From Raillietiella orientalis (Eukaryota): a stretch of 64,000 bases of DNA. The stretch is from NCBI GenBank assembly GCA_036172245.1, contig JAYWIR010000049.1:558001-622000 (forward strand), read 5' to 3'. Under the pieces are notes generated by a model, which was not told the DNA's origin, ran no database searches, and worked only from the letters and a program-made list of their open reading frames with translations. This document shows, in pieces, positions 62,551 to 64,000 of the stretch (position 1 is its first letter; the number at the start of each line of letters is the position of its first letter). The translations under genes and the position numbers were made by a program.

Positions 62551-64000
62551 TCGGAGCGGGGCTCCTCCGTCTCCTTTCTTCCTTGCCTCTTTTTCTTCCT
62601 TTTTTCTTTGCGGAGGGAGGAGGAGGAAGGGAGGGAGGAAAGATAGAGATGGCACCTTTGCTCGGTATCTTCCCTGTGGCAACAGCAGACCCTACCCCAG
62701 TAACACGGGACTTCTTGAGGCGCCGGGCTGCCTGCAGCTCCGAGTCCACTGTAGAGATACTCCAGGTCGGCTTTGGAACGACTCGTTCCCCTGGAAACCC
62801 CCCAGCGCTAAAGAGAGCAACGAGACGATCTTAGCGTGGAAGGAGGGCAAGCAGGAACCCTCCCGCATCTCCGACGGGATGCAGAGACCTGGAACATCCC
62901 ACTGCCCTTGCTGGGTGGATTCCTCCGCTCACGAGGAGGAGTCCCCTCTCCTGACTTCGCAGGGGCTGGCATCCCTCCCTGGACTCCCTGGACTTAGTCC
63001 TAGTCCTCCTCGCTGGATGCTCGGGGCACCTGCGAAGGGATCGCCTGCGGCTGCTACTCGGTCTTCTCTCCCGAGACTGTTCCTGCCGGGGCGGCGGCCT
63101 CGTCCTCCTGCGCCCGCGACTTCCCGCTCGACGGCGGCGCCTCCTTCCTGTGGTCGAAGCCCCGTGATCACGCAATCCCGTGCGCCAGATAAGATAACGG
63201 GACGGAGGCCAACGGATTGACTCGGGATCGTTCATCTAACTGCTGTTCCAGCGCACTTGCCAGGGCGCGCGCGTCCTCCTAGTGCGTTCCTGCTGTTTCG
63301 ACTGTACTGAACGGCCTCCGTCCTTCCGTTTCTTCTTCCTCCTCTGCCGCCCTTCCCCCTGAAATCCTCAGCTCTTTGGACACCCTGTTCTCTCCGGCCA
63401 TCGTTGTTGGCGGTAGCGCCTCGTCTCCTCCCTGTTATCGCCAAGGGTGGCTCCAGATAAAAGCGCGGTTGGAATTCCAAACCTGCGCAGAGGCACTTCG
63501 CCTGGAGTACTCTACCCGAGATAAGGAAGAGATTTATAGAGGCAGCTCGTCCCAGGATCTGCCCCTTCCCCCTTTTCGAAAGTGCGATCGGTCCCGGAAG
63601 CCCGACCCTGCCAAGGAGGATGCGCCGGAACGTGGAAGATCAATGACTGCGCAGCGCCGCAGCCGCCCCCGCCTGCCATTCTTCCGCCGCGATCAGTTGG
63701 GCAGATTTCGCCTCAGGTTAGTGACGCGCACCCGGTTTCCTTGACGACCAAACGGGGCGGGGTGGAGTTGTGGGAAAAGAAAAGCGGGGGAAGAAGTCTT
63801 CCGTCCCAGGAGCCGGGAGCTTGCTGCCGCGTGTTTCGTCTGCGTCGTGGCCTTCGATCCGGCCTGAGCCTCTGCACGGAGGAGGCATCGCCATTCCTCT
63901 CGGGAAGCAGCTCCGCATCTCCTTCGCTAGGAGCACGCAGGCGCACACGCCGACCTCGCCCCAGCACCTTTCAGCATGGCGTGGCAACCCCGACCTGATC

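Overview
GC-rich, intron-containing eukaryotic (invertebrate animal, probably arthropod) genomic DNA, not prokaryotic; most ORFs in the supplied track are GC-content artefacts. Four spliced genes can be assembled by hand in phase: a secreted TSP1-domain trypsin-like serine protease (-, 5286-11998), NME5/NDPK5 with a Dpy-30 tail (+, 14884-16770), a prosaposin with SapA-7xSapB-SapA architecture (-, 16996-24833), and a coiled-coil protein resembling CFAP157 (+, 28123-31734). Many introns are only 44-65 nt, and one appears to be GC-AG. The rest, especially 32-64 kb, is a nested transposon graveyard: at least seven copies of one L1/Tx1-clade LINE family, a candidate tRNA-derived SINE, and piggyBac, Harbinger, MULE and pogo-MITE remnants. 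The most unusual signal is a LINE/SINE pair. The LINE copies end in AATAAA plus a conserved GC hairpin plus only a few A's. The candidate SINE head carries two tandem tRNA T-arms. Three LINE copies have landed inside the SINE, two within about 6 nt of each other at its first T-arm. All alignments were done by eye; no database searches were run.
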